NCBI GenBank assembly: GCA_031553315.1
Contig: JAVBLT010000017.1
Span: forward strand, 25,696 to 89,695
DNA: 64,000 nucleotides
Source: Kiritimatiellia bacterium
GTDB lineage: Bacteria; Verrucomicrobiota; Kiritimatiellia; RFP12; DVOR01
Reading direction: 5' to 3'
How positions within the stretch are numbered: the first letter of the stretch is position 1; the number at the start of each line of letters is the position of its first letter. Shown in pieces: positions 1 through 9,300 of this stretch. Made by a program: the position numbers and the translations under genes. Under the pieces are notes generated by a model, which was not told where the DNA came from, ran no database searches, and worked only from the letters and a program-made list of their open reading frames with translations.

Positions 1-940
1 GGGGTGCTTTGCTGAGGGGGACTGCGGCTTTTTTGATCTGCTGGGTCACGCTGTTGGCGCTGATGAGGCCGCTTTCAATCTGGAAGAAGGGCACGCCTGC
101 AAAGCCGCAGAGCATGCGCAGCGCGAGCGATTCCTGCGACATTTCCACGCTGAACATCATCACGGCGTGCGGGCGGTTGTGTTCGCCTTTCATGCGGCGG
201 CCGTAGATGTCCTGGCCGAGCATCACGCATTCGGCGATGTTCATGGCGAGGGAGGTTTTGCCTTGGGAGGGGCGGGCGGCGAGGACGATCATTTCGCCGT
301 TGCGCAGGCCGTGGAGCTTGTGGTCGAGGTTGGAAAAACCGGTGGGCAGGCCGCGGACGCCGGTGCCGTCGATAATTCGGTCGATGTGGGCGACGGTGTT
401 GCTCATGGCGCCGGACCAGGAGAGGCCGTCGCTTTGCTGGCTGCCCAGGCCCAGGAAGGTCTGCTCGGCCTGGGCGAGAATGAGGTCGGCGCTGCCGGCG
501 CCTTCGTAGCAGGCTTGCTCGGAGATGCGGGAGGCGTCGATAATCCGGCGCAGAAGGGCCTTCTGGCGGACGATGTCGATGTAATACTCGGCGTGGGCGG
601 CGGTGGGGGTGAGCTCGATGAGGCGCTCGAGGAAGGGCGCTCCGCCCACGCGGTCAAAGAGGGAGGCGGCTTTGAGGCGCTCGACCACGGTCACGGCGTC
701 GATCGCCGTGGCGGTGCGGGCCATTGCCGCGAGGGCTTCGAAGAGAAGGGTGTGGGAGGGTTCGTAGAAGGCTTCCGGGGTGAGGCCTGCTTCGATGCAG
801 AGATCCATGACCCGGGAGGAGTCGAGCAGAATCGAACCCAAAACACCGCGTTCGGCCTCGGCGTTGTGCGGGGGAACCCGCGTAGAAAGCGCCCCCGCGT
901 CGTTTTTACGGGGGGCGTTGCTATCGGCCGAACGCGGCAT
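1..940 (-). CDS. dnaB: Replicative DNA helicase DnaB, N-terminal ~313 codons; the 3-prime end lies beyond the left window edge
   Basis: Absent from the ORF track because there is no stop in the window. Reverse-translating from the ATG (complement of 938-940) gives MPRSADSNAPRKND..PPHNAEAERGVLGSILLD..GLPTGFSNLDHKLHGLRNGEMIVLAARPSQGKTSLAMNIAE (DnaB N-domain, linker, Walker A). It lies directly downstream of rplI, a common arrangement. Confidence 0.9.
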   Translation of the reverse strand, partial: MPRSADSNAPRKNDAGALSTRVPPHNAEAERGVLGSILLDSSRVMDLCIEAGLTPEAFYEPSHTLLFEALAAMARTATAIDAVTVVERLKAASLFDRVGGAPFLERLIELTPTAAHAEYYIDIVRQKALLRRIIDASRISEQACYEGAGSADLILAQAEQTFLGLGSQQSDGLSWSGAMSNTVAHIDRIIDGTGVRGLPTGFSNLDHKLHGLRNGEMIVLAARPSQGKTSLAMNIAECVMLGQDIYGRRMKGEHNRPHAVMMFSVEMSQESLALRMLCGFAGVPFFQIESGLISANSVTQQIKKAAVPLSKAP

Positions 941-947
941 GGGGGGG

Positions 948-1397
948 TTACTCCGCGGCGATCGTCAGCTTGATCGTCTCGGCCACTTCGGGATGAAGCT
1001 GGACGGTGACGTCGAAGGCGCCGATTTCCTTGAAGGGCTCCGCGACCAGGATCTGGGAGCGGTCAACCGCGATGGACTTGGCGGCGAGCGCTTCCACGAT
1101 GTCGGCGGCGGTGACGGATCCGTAGAGGCGGGTTTCGTCGACGGTGCGGCCGGTGACGGTGATCTCCAGGCCTTTGAGCTTCGAGGCCTTGGTGAGGGCT
1201 TCGGCGCGCTGGATCTTGGAGAGCTCTTCGCGCTCTTTGCGGAGCTTTTCGAGCTTGCGCAGGGCGTTTTTGGTCACGGGTTCGCCGCGGCCGGTGGGGA
1301 AGAGGTAGTTGCGGGCATAACCGTCGCGCACGTGAACCACATCGCCGGCGACGCCGAGGTTGGTCACATCCGACATGAGCAGAACTTCTGTAGGCAT
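948..1397 (-). CDS. rplI: 50S ribosomal protein L9
   Basis: 149 aa. MPTEVLLMSDVTNLGVAGDVVHVRDGYARNYLFPTGRG matches the L9 N-terminal signature. rpsF-ssb-rpsR-rplI synteny. Confidence 0.95.
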   Translation of the reverse strand: MPTEVLLMSDVTNLGVAGDVVHVRDGYARNYLFPTGRGEPVTKNALRKLEKLRKEREELSKIQRAEALTKASKLKGLEITVTGRTVDETRLYGSVTAADIVEALAAKSIAVDRSQILVAEPFKEIGAFDVTVQLHPEVAETIKLTIAAE

Positions 1398-1421
1398 TTT
1401 CTTTTTCTCCTCGGAGTTGGT

Positions 1422-1661
1422 CTAGGCCAACAGGCCCATGTTGCGGGCGCGGCGAATGCCTTTTTTGATGCGGCGCTGCTGGAGCGCGGTCACACCGGTG
1501 AGGCGGGCGGGAATGATTTTGCCGTAGTCGGTCATGAAACGGCGGAGGAATTCGACGTTGTTCACGTCGACAAGGTCAGCCGGTTCCATCGCGGCGGCGC
1601 GTTTGCGAGCCGTCTGATCCGCTTTGGGTTTGCGCGGGCTGCGTGTTTTTTTCATAGGCAT
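1422..1661 (-). CDS. rpsR: 30S ribosomal protein S18
   Basis: 79 aa. FLRRFMTDYGKIIPARLTGVTALQQRRIKKGIRRARNMGLL is an S18 signature. Confidence 0.95.
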   Translation of the reverse strand: MPMKKTRSPRKPKADQTARKRAAAMEPADLVDVNNVEFLRRFMTDYGKIIPARLTGVTALQQRRIKKGIRRARNMGLLA

Positions 1662-1699
1662 AAAGGGAACTCCTTGCTTTCAACTGTGGGTGGGGTGGC

Positions 1700-2170
1700 T
1701 CAGAATGGCAAATCGTCGAGATCGGAAGCGATGTCGTCCATCATCGGGGCGGGCGGTTGTTCGGCCGGGGCGTGGCGCTGCTGCGCGGGGTGCGCGGCGG
1801 CGGGCGCGGGCTGGGAGCCGTCTTCCCTGCGGGGGGCGGGGTTGAGGAATTGGATCCTGTCGGCGCGCACGCGCAGGCGGCTGCGGGTTTCGCCCTTGTC
1901 GGTCTTCCATTCGTCGTAGGCGAGGCGCCCCTCAACGAGGATGGGCCGGCCTTTGGCGAGATACTGCTGGCAGGTCTCGGCCATGCGCCCCCAAACGGAG
2001 ACGTCGACATAGGCCGTGACTTCTTTCATTTCGTTGGTCTGGCGGTTGCGGTAGGTTTCGGAGACCGCGAGGCGGATCTCCGCGACTTTGTCTCCCGCGG
2101 GCGTGGTCCGGATATCCGGGTCACGCGTCAGATTGCCGATGAGAAGAACCTTGTTGAGCGAGGCTGCCAT
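1700..2170 (-). CDS. ssb: Single-stranded DNA-binding protein
   Basis: 156 aa. OB-fold SLNKVLLIGNLTRDPDIRTTPAG, a Pro/Ala-rich linker and an acidic DDLPF C-terminal tip. Confidence 0.95.
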   Translation of the reverse strand: MAASLNKVLLIGNLTRDPDIRTTPAGDKVAEIRLAVSETYRNRQTNEMKEVTAYVDVSVWGRMAETCQQYLAKGRPILVEGRLAYDEWKTDKGETRSRLRVRADRIQFLNPAPRREDGSQPAPAAAHPAQQRHAPAEQPPAPMMDDIASDLDDLPF

Positions 2171-2193
2171 GGTTTGCCGTTCTGAGGGTTGGG

Positions 2194-2571
2194 TTAGGCC
2201 TGCGCGGCGGCGGGTGCTTCTTCGCGCGCGGCGGCTTCACGCGCTTTGCGTGCGGCGGCCTGTTCGGCGATTTTGCTTTCCATGCGCTCGTCCACGGCCA
2301 GGAACTGCACGCGGAAGAGGTCTTCGATGAGGTGATAGCGGTCGCGGAGGTGGGCGAGCTGCGCGGGATCCAGCTCAAAGCGGATCTTCACGTAAACGCC
2401 GTTTTCGCGTTTCTGCATCACGCGGGCGAAGGTGCGCTTGCCCAGTTCTTCGGTGGAGAGGATCGTGCCGCCCAGGCGGGTGATTTCCCCCTGCATGCGT
2501 TCGATAAGCTTGGCCCAGCTGTCGTCCTTGAACGACTGGGTGAAGATGTACATCGCGTCGTACTTGTTCAT
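2194..2571 (-). CDS. rpsF: 30S ribosomal protein S6
   Basis: 125 aa. MNKYDAMYIFTQSF start. Positioned upstream of ssb and rpsR. Confidence 0.9.
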   Translation of the reverse strand: MNKYDAMYIFTQSFKDDSWAKLIERMQGEITRLGGTILSTEELGKRTFARVMQKRENGVYVKIRFELDPAQLAHLRDRYHLIEDLFRVQFLAVDERMESKIAEQAAARKAREAAAREEAPAAAQA

Positions 2572-2586
2572 TACAACATTTCCATT

Positions 2587-3183
2587 CTACTGCGTTTCAA
2601 GCGGTTCCGGCCCGGAGGCCGACCCGCCGTTGAAACGGTTCATTGCTTCGTTCAAACCGTTGCGCACCCAGCAGAGGGCTGCCTCTGCGGCGGCATCCGC
2701 GCTTTCGGCGGCGGCGGGCGCCTGGTCGGCGCCGAAGCGCCCCAGCACGAAGCCCGCGAGCCCTCGCCCTTCCGGGCGGCCCACGCCGATGCGCAGGCGG
2801 GCGAATTGCTGCGTGCCCAGGTGGGTGATGAGCGAGAGGAGGCCTCGATGGCCGCCTGCGCTTCCCGCCGGGCGCATGCGCAACCGCCCCAGGGGGAGGT
2901 CGCAATCATCCGAGAGGACCAGGAGGTCGGCCGGAGTCATGCCGTAGTACCGCATAAAGGGTGCCGCGCTTTCGCCGCTGAGGTTCATGTAGGTCTGCGG
3001 CTCGAGGAGCCAGAGAGGTTCGGAACCGGCGGCCGTGCGCGCGGCGCGTGCTTTGAACTTTTTATCGGTTTTCCACTCCGCTCCCAGTTTGGCGGCCAGC
3101 CGCTCGATCGCCGTGAAGCCGATGTTGTGCGGGGTTTGGTCGTATTCCGAACCGGGGTTGCCGAGGCCGATGATGAGTTTCAC
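2587..3183 (-). CDS. pth: Peptidyl-tRNA hydrolase
   Basis: 198 aa. MKLIIGLGNPGSEYDQTPHNIGF is the Pth N-terminal catalytic motif. Confidence 0.95.
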   Translation of the reverse strand: MKLIIGLGNPGSEYDQTPHNIGFTAIERLAAKLGAEWKTDKKFKARAARTAAGSEPLWLLEPQTYMNLSGESAAPFMRYYGMTPADLLVLSDDCDLPLGRLRMRPAGSAGGHRGLLSLITHLGTQQFARLRIGVGRPEGRGLAGFVLGRFGADQAPAAAESADAAAEAALCWVRNGLNEAMNRFNGGSASGPEPLETQ

Positions 3184-3207
3184 GCGCCGCCTGTGTTCTC
3201 AAACGGA

Positions 3208-3855
3208 TTACTTCTTGGCAGGGGCTGCCGCGGCGTCCGTTTTACCCTTGGCGATCACTTCGGGGGCGGCGGCTTCGGCGGGAGCGGCTTCTTCCTCGTC
3301 GGCGGCGACCACGGTGGCGATCAGGGTGTCTTTGGGCGTTGTAATGTGGTACTTCGGACCGAGGTCGAGGTTGGCCACCGTCAACGTGTCGCCGATTTTG
3401 AGGGCGGAGACGTCGACGTCAAATTCTTCAACAATGTCTTTCGGCAGGCAGTCGACGTGGATCATGCGGGTTGCCTGTTCGAGCACGCCGCCGCCGTTTT
3501 TCACGCCGTCGGCCTCGCCGATGAGGCGGATGGGGGTGTCGACGCGGACGGTTTTGGTGAGGTCGATTTCGCCGAGGTCCACGTGGATGGCGTTGCCGGA
3601 GATCACGTGGTGCTGCACTTCGCGGATCAGCGCGGGAATTGTGGTTCCGTCGAGATCGACGGAAACGAGGAGCTGGTCGGCGTGGTGCTTGCGCATGGTC
3701 ATCATGTACGCATGGGCATCCAGCTGGATCAGCGTCGCGTCACCCTTCAGGCGCGAAATCACGCCGGGGATGAACCCCGCGCGGCGCAGGCGGCCGGCGC
3801 CGTTGGAGCGGCGCTCCGTGCGCACCGTGGCCTTCAGTACGATTTCATCAGTCAT
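3208..3855 (-). CDS. rplY: 50S ribosomal protein L25 / general stress protein Ctc
   Basis: 215 aa. L25 N-domain LKATVRTERRSNGAGRLRRAGFIPGVI plus a Ctc-type C-domain and an Ala-rich tail. Adjacent to pth. Confidence 0.85.
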   Translation of the reverse strand: MTDEIVLKATVRTERRSNGAGRLRRAGFIPGVISRLKGDATLIQLDAHAYMMTMRKHHADQLLVSVDLDGTTIPALIREVQHHVISGNAIHVDLGEIDLTKTVRVDTPIRLIGEADGVKNGGGVLEQATRMIHVDCLPKDIVEEFDVDVSALKIGDTLTVANLDLGPKYHITTPKDTLIATVVAADEEEAAPAEAAAPEVIAKGKTDAAAAPAKK

Positions 3856-3900
3856 TTCTTGTCCTTGTGTGTTCTATGGAGGTGTCCGGGCGCGCTCCGC

Positions 3901-4833
3901 TTACGAGAGGCGGAAAAGCGAGCTGACGGACTGGTTGTTGTGGATGCGTGTGATCGCTTCACCCAGGAGACCTGAAACCGAGAGCACGGTGACCGGCAAG
4001 CCAGTTACATCAAGCGGCACCGTGTCGGTCGTGACGATTTCCTCGATGAGCCCGTTGGTCGCGCGCAGGCGTTCCACGCCCACATCCGTCAACGGTACGT
4101 GCGTGACCGCGGCTCTCACGCTGGCCGCTCCGCGCTCCTTGAGGAGGCGTGCCGCCGCGCAAAGCGTGCCGCAGGTCGTGGTCATGTCGTCGACCATGAT
4201 CACATCGCAGCCCTCAACGTCGCCAACGACGCTGAAGGCATCCACTTCCGTGGCTCCCAAACGCTGTTTCGCAACAATCGCCAGGCCTGTGCCCAGCATT
4301 TGCGAATAAGCGTAAGCCGACTTGACCCCTCCGGTATCGGGTGACACGACAAGCGGCTTACCGAGCTTTTTTTCGCGCAGGTATTTCACCATAACCGGCG
4401 CGGCGTAGAGATGATCCACGGGAATATCGAAAAATCCTTGAATTTGCTGGGCGTGCAGATCCATCGTCAGCACGCGGTTCGCGCCCGCCGCCACGAGGAG
4501 GTTGGCCACCAGCTTGGCCGTGATGGGCACGCGGGGCTGATCTTTGCGATCCTGGCGCGCGTAGCCGTAGTAGGGGAGCACGGCGGTGATGCGGTCGGCG
4601 GAGCTGCGGCGGCAGGCGTCCATCATGATCAGCAGCTCCATCAGCATTTCATTGGGCTGCTTGCAGATGGACTGAACGAGGAACACGTCTTCGCCGCGCA
4701 CGTTGTCGCTGAATTTCACGAACGTCTCGCCGTCGGGAAAATGGCGGATGTCCACAGCCCCGAGGGTCGTGCCCATGCTTGCCACAATCTTCTCCGCCAA
4801 CGGGCGGTTTGCCGTTCCCGAAAAAACCATCAT
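3901..4833 (-). CDS. prs: Ribose-phosphate pyrophosphokinase (PRPP synthase)
   Basis: 310 aa. Motifs PYYGYARQDRK, DLHAQQIQGFFDIPVDHL and the PRPP loop VMVDDMTTTCGTL. Confidence 0.95.
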   Translation of the reverse strand: MMVFSGTANRPLAEKIVASMGTTLGAVDIRHFPDGETFVKFSDNVRGEDVFLVQSICKQPNEMLMELLIMMDACRRSSADRITAVLPYYGYARQDRKDQPRVPITAKLVANLLVAAGANRVLTMDLHAQQIQGFFDIPVDHLYAAPVMVKYLREKKLGKPLVVSPDTGGVKSAYAYSQMLGTGLAIVAKQRLGATEVDAFSVVGDVEGCDVIMVDDMTTTCGTLCAAARLLKERGAASVRAAVTHVPLTDVGVERLRATNGLIEEIVTTDTVPLDVTGLPVTVLSVSGLLGEAITRIHNNQSVSSLFRLS

Positions 4834-4894
4834 GATGCGTATCGCCCTTCCTTATAAACCGTTTCTGCCGCTCGCTTCCGCAACCACTCGAAAA

Positions 4895-4968
4895 TGGTTG
4901 CCCGACTTGGATTCGAACCAAGACTCAGGGCGTCAAAGGCCCGTGTGCTGCCATTACACCATCAGGCA
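4895..4968 (-). tRNA. tRNA-Gln (anticodon UUG), CCA encoded
   Basis: 74-nt cloverleaf read by hand on the minus strand. Acceptor UGCCUGA/UCGGGCA (U1-A72), anticodon loop CUUUGAC, T-arm CUUGG-UUCGAAU-CCAAG, 3-prime ACCA. Confidence 0.9.
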
Positions 4969-5851
4969 GCGAGCAAACAAGCGCGCTCCAGAGACCCGAA
5001 TCGCTCAGGCGCTCCATCACGCTCCGCCCCTTGCGTTCATTTTCCACCAGGCCGAAAACCGTGGCGCCGCTTCCCGAGAGAAGCACCGCCGCCGCCCCTG
5101 CCGCCTTCAGGCGATCCGCCGCCGCCGCAACCTGCGGGTAAAGACGAAAAGCCGCCGGCTCCAATGCGTTGTACAGGCACCGGGCCAGGCCGGAAAAATC
5201 ACTTCTTTGGACGAAAAGGCTTACATTATGGAACAGATGAGGGGGTTTCGTCAAGGCAGAATCGCACGCACGGTAAATTTCCGCCGTCGGGCACGCCACC
5301 CCCGGGTTCAGAAGCACCATCCACAGCGGATCGGGCGCCGGTGAAAAACGAACCGGCGAGACGGTTTCCCCCCGCCCCTCCATCCGCGCATAACCGCCCA
5401 GAACGAACGCCGGGATATCGCTCCCCAGCGCCGCCGCGCATTCCAAAAGCGCTTCCGGCGGCAGGCCGAGATCAAACAGCCGGTTCATCGCGTGAAGCGT
5501 GGCCGCGCAATCGGAGCTGCCGCCGCCCAGCCCGCCGCCCAGGGGAATGCGCTTCAAAAGGTGAATCGCCGCGGGCAGCGGCCGGCCTGTTTTCTGCTCC
5601 AGCAACCGCGCGGCGCGGATAATGAGATTCTTTTCCGGGGCGCCCAGCTCCGAAATGGCAATGCCCGGCGCCGCCTCGACCGAAAGCGAGAGGGTGGGGG
5701 AGGGGGTGAAGGTCAATGCGTCGAAGAGGGAGACCGGCGCGAAAAAACTGTCGAGCGCGTGATAGCCGTCGGGGCGTTTGCCGAGAATCTCAAGGGTGAG
5801 ATTCACCTTGGCGGGGGCGAGGGCGGTTAAAGTGCGGGGTGTTTCAATCAT
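4925..5851 (-). CDS. ispE: 4-diphosphocytidyl-2-C-methyl-D-erythritol kinase
   Basis: 308 aa. APAKVNLTLEILGKRPDGYHALDS and the GHMP-kinase loop IPLGGGLGGGSSD. The last 44 nt, including the stop codon, lie inside tRNA-Gln. Confidence 0.9.
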   Translation of the reverse strand: MIETPRTLTALAPAKVNLTLEILGKRPDGYHALDSFFAPVSLFDALTFTPSPTLSLSVEAAPGIAISELGAPEKNLIIRAARLLEQKTGRPLPAAIHLLKRIPLGGGLGGGSSDCAATLHAMNRLFDLGLPPEALLECAAALGSDIPAFVLGGYARMEGRGETVSPVRFSPAPDPLWMVLLNPGVACPTAEIYRACDSALTKPPHLFHNVSLFVQRSDFSGLARCLYNALEPAAFRLYPQVAAAADRLKAAGAAAVLLSGSGATVFGLVENERKGRSVMERLSDSGLWSALVCSLPDGVMAAHGPLTP

Positions 5852-5929
5852 GTTGGCCTTTAATCGGAAAACCAGTCATAAGTGTCATCAATCACGCAAC
5901 GGGGCGTATTTAGTGCTGAAGGTGCTTTC

Positions 5930-6090
5930 GAGCAAGTTGCAATTGAGCGTTTCTATTTTTTTCGGCGCTTTTCCTTTTTGAAGATCACCCTTTTCAGGTC
6001 GTCGTAGCGCGGCTACGCTTCCCTTTCAAGGGTTCGTCAAAACGAAAAATCGCTTTCATAAAATCAGGAATTCTCATTTTCAAATTGCTC
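5930..6090 (+). mobile_element. MITE-like miniature element, copy 1 (most diverged)
   Basis: Ends GAGCAAGTTGCAATTGAG ... CTCATTTTCAAATTGCTC are inverted repeats. Central hairpin CGTAGC-GCG-GCTACG. Alignable along its length to copies at 10683, 23425 and 33092. Confidence 0.65.
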
Positions 6091-6303
6091 TAAAGGCGGC
6101 GAATGCTCGGTGTTTTGAAAATCCGCCGCTACAATAAATGAAGAAACGCCCCGGTGTCAAGCCGGGCATAGGGGAAATGAGGAAAATATGAGAAGACGCT
6201 CTGTTTTAGGCACGTTGTTTGCGGCTGTAACGCCTGCAACGAATGGTATCGCTTCATCCCGCAAACACGCCGTTTTCATTTAACCGGTGTTGAGGAACCC
6301 GCC

Positions 6304-9300
6304 ATGACAAACTATCTCTTTCTCGCCGCGGCGCTTCTGGGCGCCACCCTTCACGCCGCGACCACCTATTATGTTTCTCCCGCCGGAAACGACGCCTCTG
6401 CCGGCACCTCTTGGGCCACCGCCCGTAAAACCATCCAATCCGCCATCGATAGCGCCCAGTCGGACATGGGCGATATGGTCATTGTCACAAACGGCGCCTA
6501 TGCTCCCATCACAGCCGATAAAACCATTGCGATTCGAAGTGTGGAAGGCGCCGGAAAAACAATTATCGACGGGGAAAAATCAAAACGCTGTGCCACGTTT
6601 TATTGCTCAGTGCCGTATCCCCCGTACAAAATTACACAAAAGAGAACAACGCTTGTTGGCTTCACCCTGAAAAACGGCGCGGTTCCGAAGGACAATTTTT
6701 TAGGAAACGTGTCGCATGGCGGCGTGGTCACAGGCGGAACATTAAAAAATTGCATCCTTTCAGAAACCGGAAAGGCGGCGGGATTTTCTTCGGACGCTGA
6801 GTATGCTGTGTATGACAGCACGCTCGAAAATTGCGAGGTCACAAACAACGAGCAAATCAAAGGCACCTTTATCAATTGCTTGATCAGCAACAACGATTCC
6901 ATTGACACGTGCACATTTAAAATGTGTATCATTCGTGAAAACTCGTTCCTGTTTCAATACAGCCAAGACGGCTCGAATTCATTTGAAAATTGCACCCTTG
7001 TCGGAAACGCGGGTCAAATCGGCCTTTCGACCTTCAAAAACTGCATTTTATTTGCGAACAATTTCACGGAATATTTTTTGGGAGAGCAAAATTCCAATGA
7101 ATATGAATACTGTTTCGGCGCCTTTTCAAGCGATACACCCGAAAAGGGAAACGTCGTCGGTGCGGATTATCCCGGTTTTGTCGACCCGCTCGGCGGAGAT
7201 TTTCGCCTGTCATCCGATTCCCCCTGCCTTTCCAAAGGCGACCCCGGCCTCGTGGAGCCCGCTGTGGATATGAACGGCCATTCACTTTTCACCAATGGCC
7301 GTATCAACATGGGAGCCATGGGCGGCAGCGGGATTGCATCATCCGCTCCGCGGGCTCTCTTTGTGAATGCCCAAAGCGGGGATGACTCATCGGGCAACGG
7401 TTCCAGCGCCAAGCCCTACAAATCCATCCAAAAAGCAGTTGCCAGCGCGCCGCCCTTCTCGACCATCACGGTCAACAACGGAAGATACTCCCCCATCGGC
7501 ACGCTTGGTTTGCCGTTGACCATTCAAAGTGTAAACGGGGCGGCTCAAACGGTTATCAGCGGCGGCAATACCAGCCGCTGTGCGGAGTTACGCAATCCCA
7601 ACTCGTTTCTGAAAGGATTCACGCTTGAAAACGGATACAGCGAAACACGTGGAGGCGCTGTGCTCGGCGGTTCGCTTTCTGCGTGCACAATCAGCAACAG
7701 CAAAGCCGAATGGGACGGCGGCGGCGCCTACGGCTGCATCCTCACAGATTGCACAATCAGCAACAACAAAGCCGAAACGGAAGGCGGCGGCGCCTACGGC
7801 TGCATCCTCACAAACTGCACAATCACCAACAATAAAGCGTGGTATGGTTCAGGCGTCTCCAACTGCACGCTTGAAAACTCGAACGTTTCAAAAAACAGCG
7901 GGATCGGTTATCGTGCCAAATTGAATAACGGCGATGGCGAAGACGAATGGTCGTATGGCGGAGGAGCCGCTTACTGTACGTTGACTGATTGTGAAATTTC
8001 GGAAAACAAAGCCAGCCGCGGAGGTGGAGCGATAGGTTCGACGCTTACCAATTGCATTGTCAAGAAAAATGCGGCAAATGTGTCTGGAGGCGGTTTACTC
8101 GAGAGCGATGCGGATAATTGCTTGATCGAGCAAAATAAAAGCTATTGGGGAGGAGGTTTTCACGGAGCCTGGGGCGAGCTTGTCGAAGCCGTAAGCATCA
8201 ACAGCGTGATCAAGGGAAATGAAGCCACAGAGGGTGCGGGTTCTTGTTCGGGCATTTTTATCAACTGCACGATAACAGAAAATAAAGCGAGTGACTCCGG
8301 CGGGGGTGGCATCGCGAGTTCGATTTTTTTAAACTGCGTGATCAACAAAAACAGCGCTGCAAACGATGGCGGCGGGGTGGCCGGCTACGGTGACGCAATC
8401 CTGGTGAACAGCGCTGTTTTTGACAACTCGGCAGGGTGGTTCGGAGGAGGTGTCTTTGATTCCTATTTGGAAAACTGCACGGTTTCAGCCAATACAGCGG
8501 GTGCTGCCGCGGGAGGAGCCTTTGCATGCTACGGAATCAACTCCATTATTTGGGGCAATACATGCAAAAGCTCAAAAAGCGGCCATAATTTCAATACGTA
8601 TTATTGGGAAATGGATTGGGATCAAAACGGCAAACCCATTCATTCGGAAGATCGCAATTCGGTTTATGCTCCCGATTCTTTCTTTTCCTACTCTTGCGCG
8701 CCTGGTCTTTCAGGAACAAATATCGCTTCCGACCCCAAATTCGCCAATGCGGCCAAGAAAGATTTCACGCTCCAGGTCAATTCTCCATGTGTCAATTCTG
8801 GCGATCCGGAATACCGCGTGTTGTATAATTTCATCAACTACGATTATTACACTGACTTTTTTGACGTTTTGTATCCCGGCATTGCCGCAGATGCGGCCGG
8901 GAATCCGCGGATTTGCGGAAGGCGGATCGATATAGGCGCCTATGAGTATGTGGGCGCCGTGCGAAGTGTCGAGGTCAGGTCGAATCTGCCCGGCGGGGTT
9001 TCTCCGGCGGGCACGGTTAGGGTTTTCTCCGATGAGGGGCAGGTTTTCACAGCGCGCGAATCACTGGACGACCGGTCGTTTATCGGGTTTCTTGTCAATG
9101 GCGCGTGGATTTCAAGAGCCACGTCCTTTACCTGGTTCCCGGAGAAAGCGGGCGATGTGCTCACGGCGGTTTATGAAACCTATGCCGATCTCGATGCTCA
9201 GGGCGGTGTTGTCGATGTGGCCTGCGTGGGCGTGATATATGGGGAATGTTATCCGGAGCTTCCCATTCCCGTACGAGCCGGGTATGAGTTTATCGGGTGG

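Noticed and set aside
167-3975. Long plus-strand ORFs 167..973, 780..1919, 1757..2185, 2332..3975 and 3035..4309 overlapping the minus-strand dnaB-rplI-rpsR-ssb-rpsF-pth-rplY-prs genes
   Set aside because: They are antisense to genes with unmistakable conserved motifs. Their translations are low-complexity Gly/Ala/Arg/Val strings typical of spurious frames in high-GC DNA.
6188-6283. 31-codon ORF MRRRSVLGTLFAAVTPATNGIASSRKHAVFI with GAGGAA upstream, just ahead of the giant beta-helix gene
   Set aside because: It is too short to support from sequence alone, and I cannot assess its conservation. It could be a leader peptide or chance.
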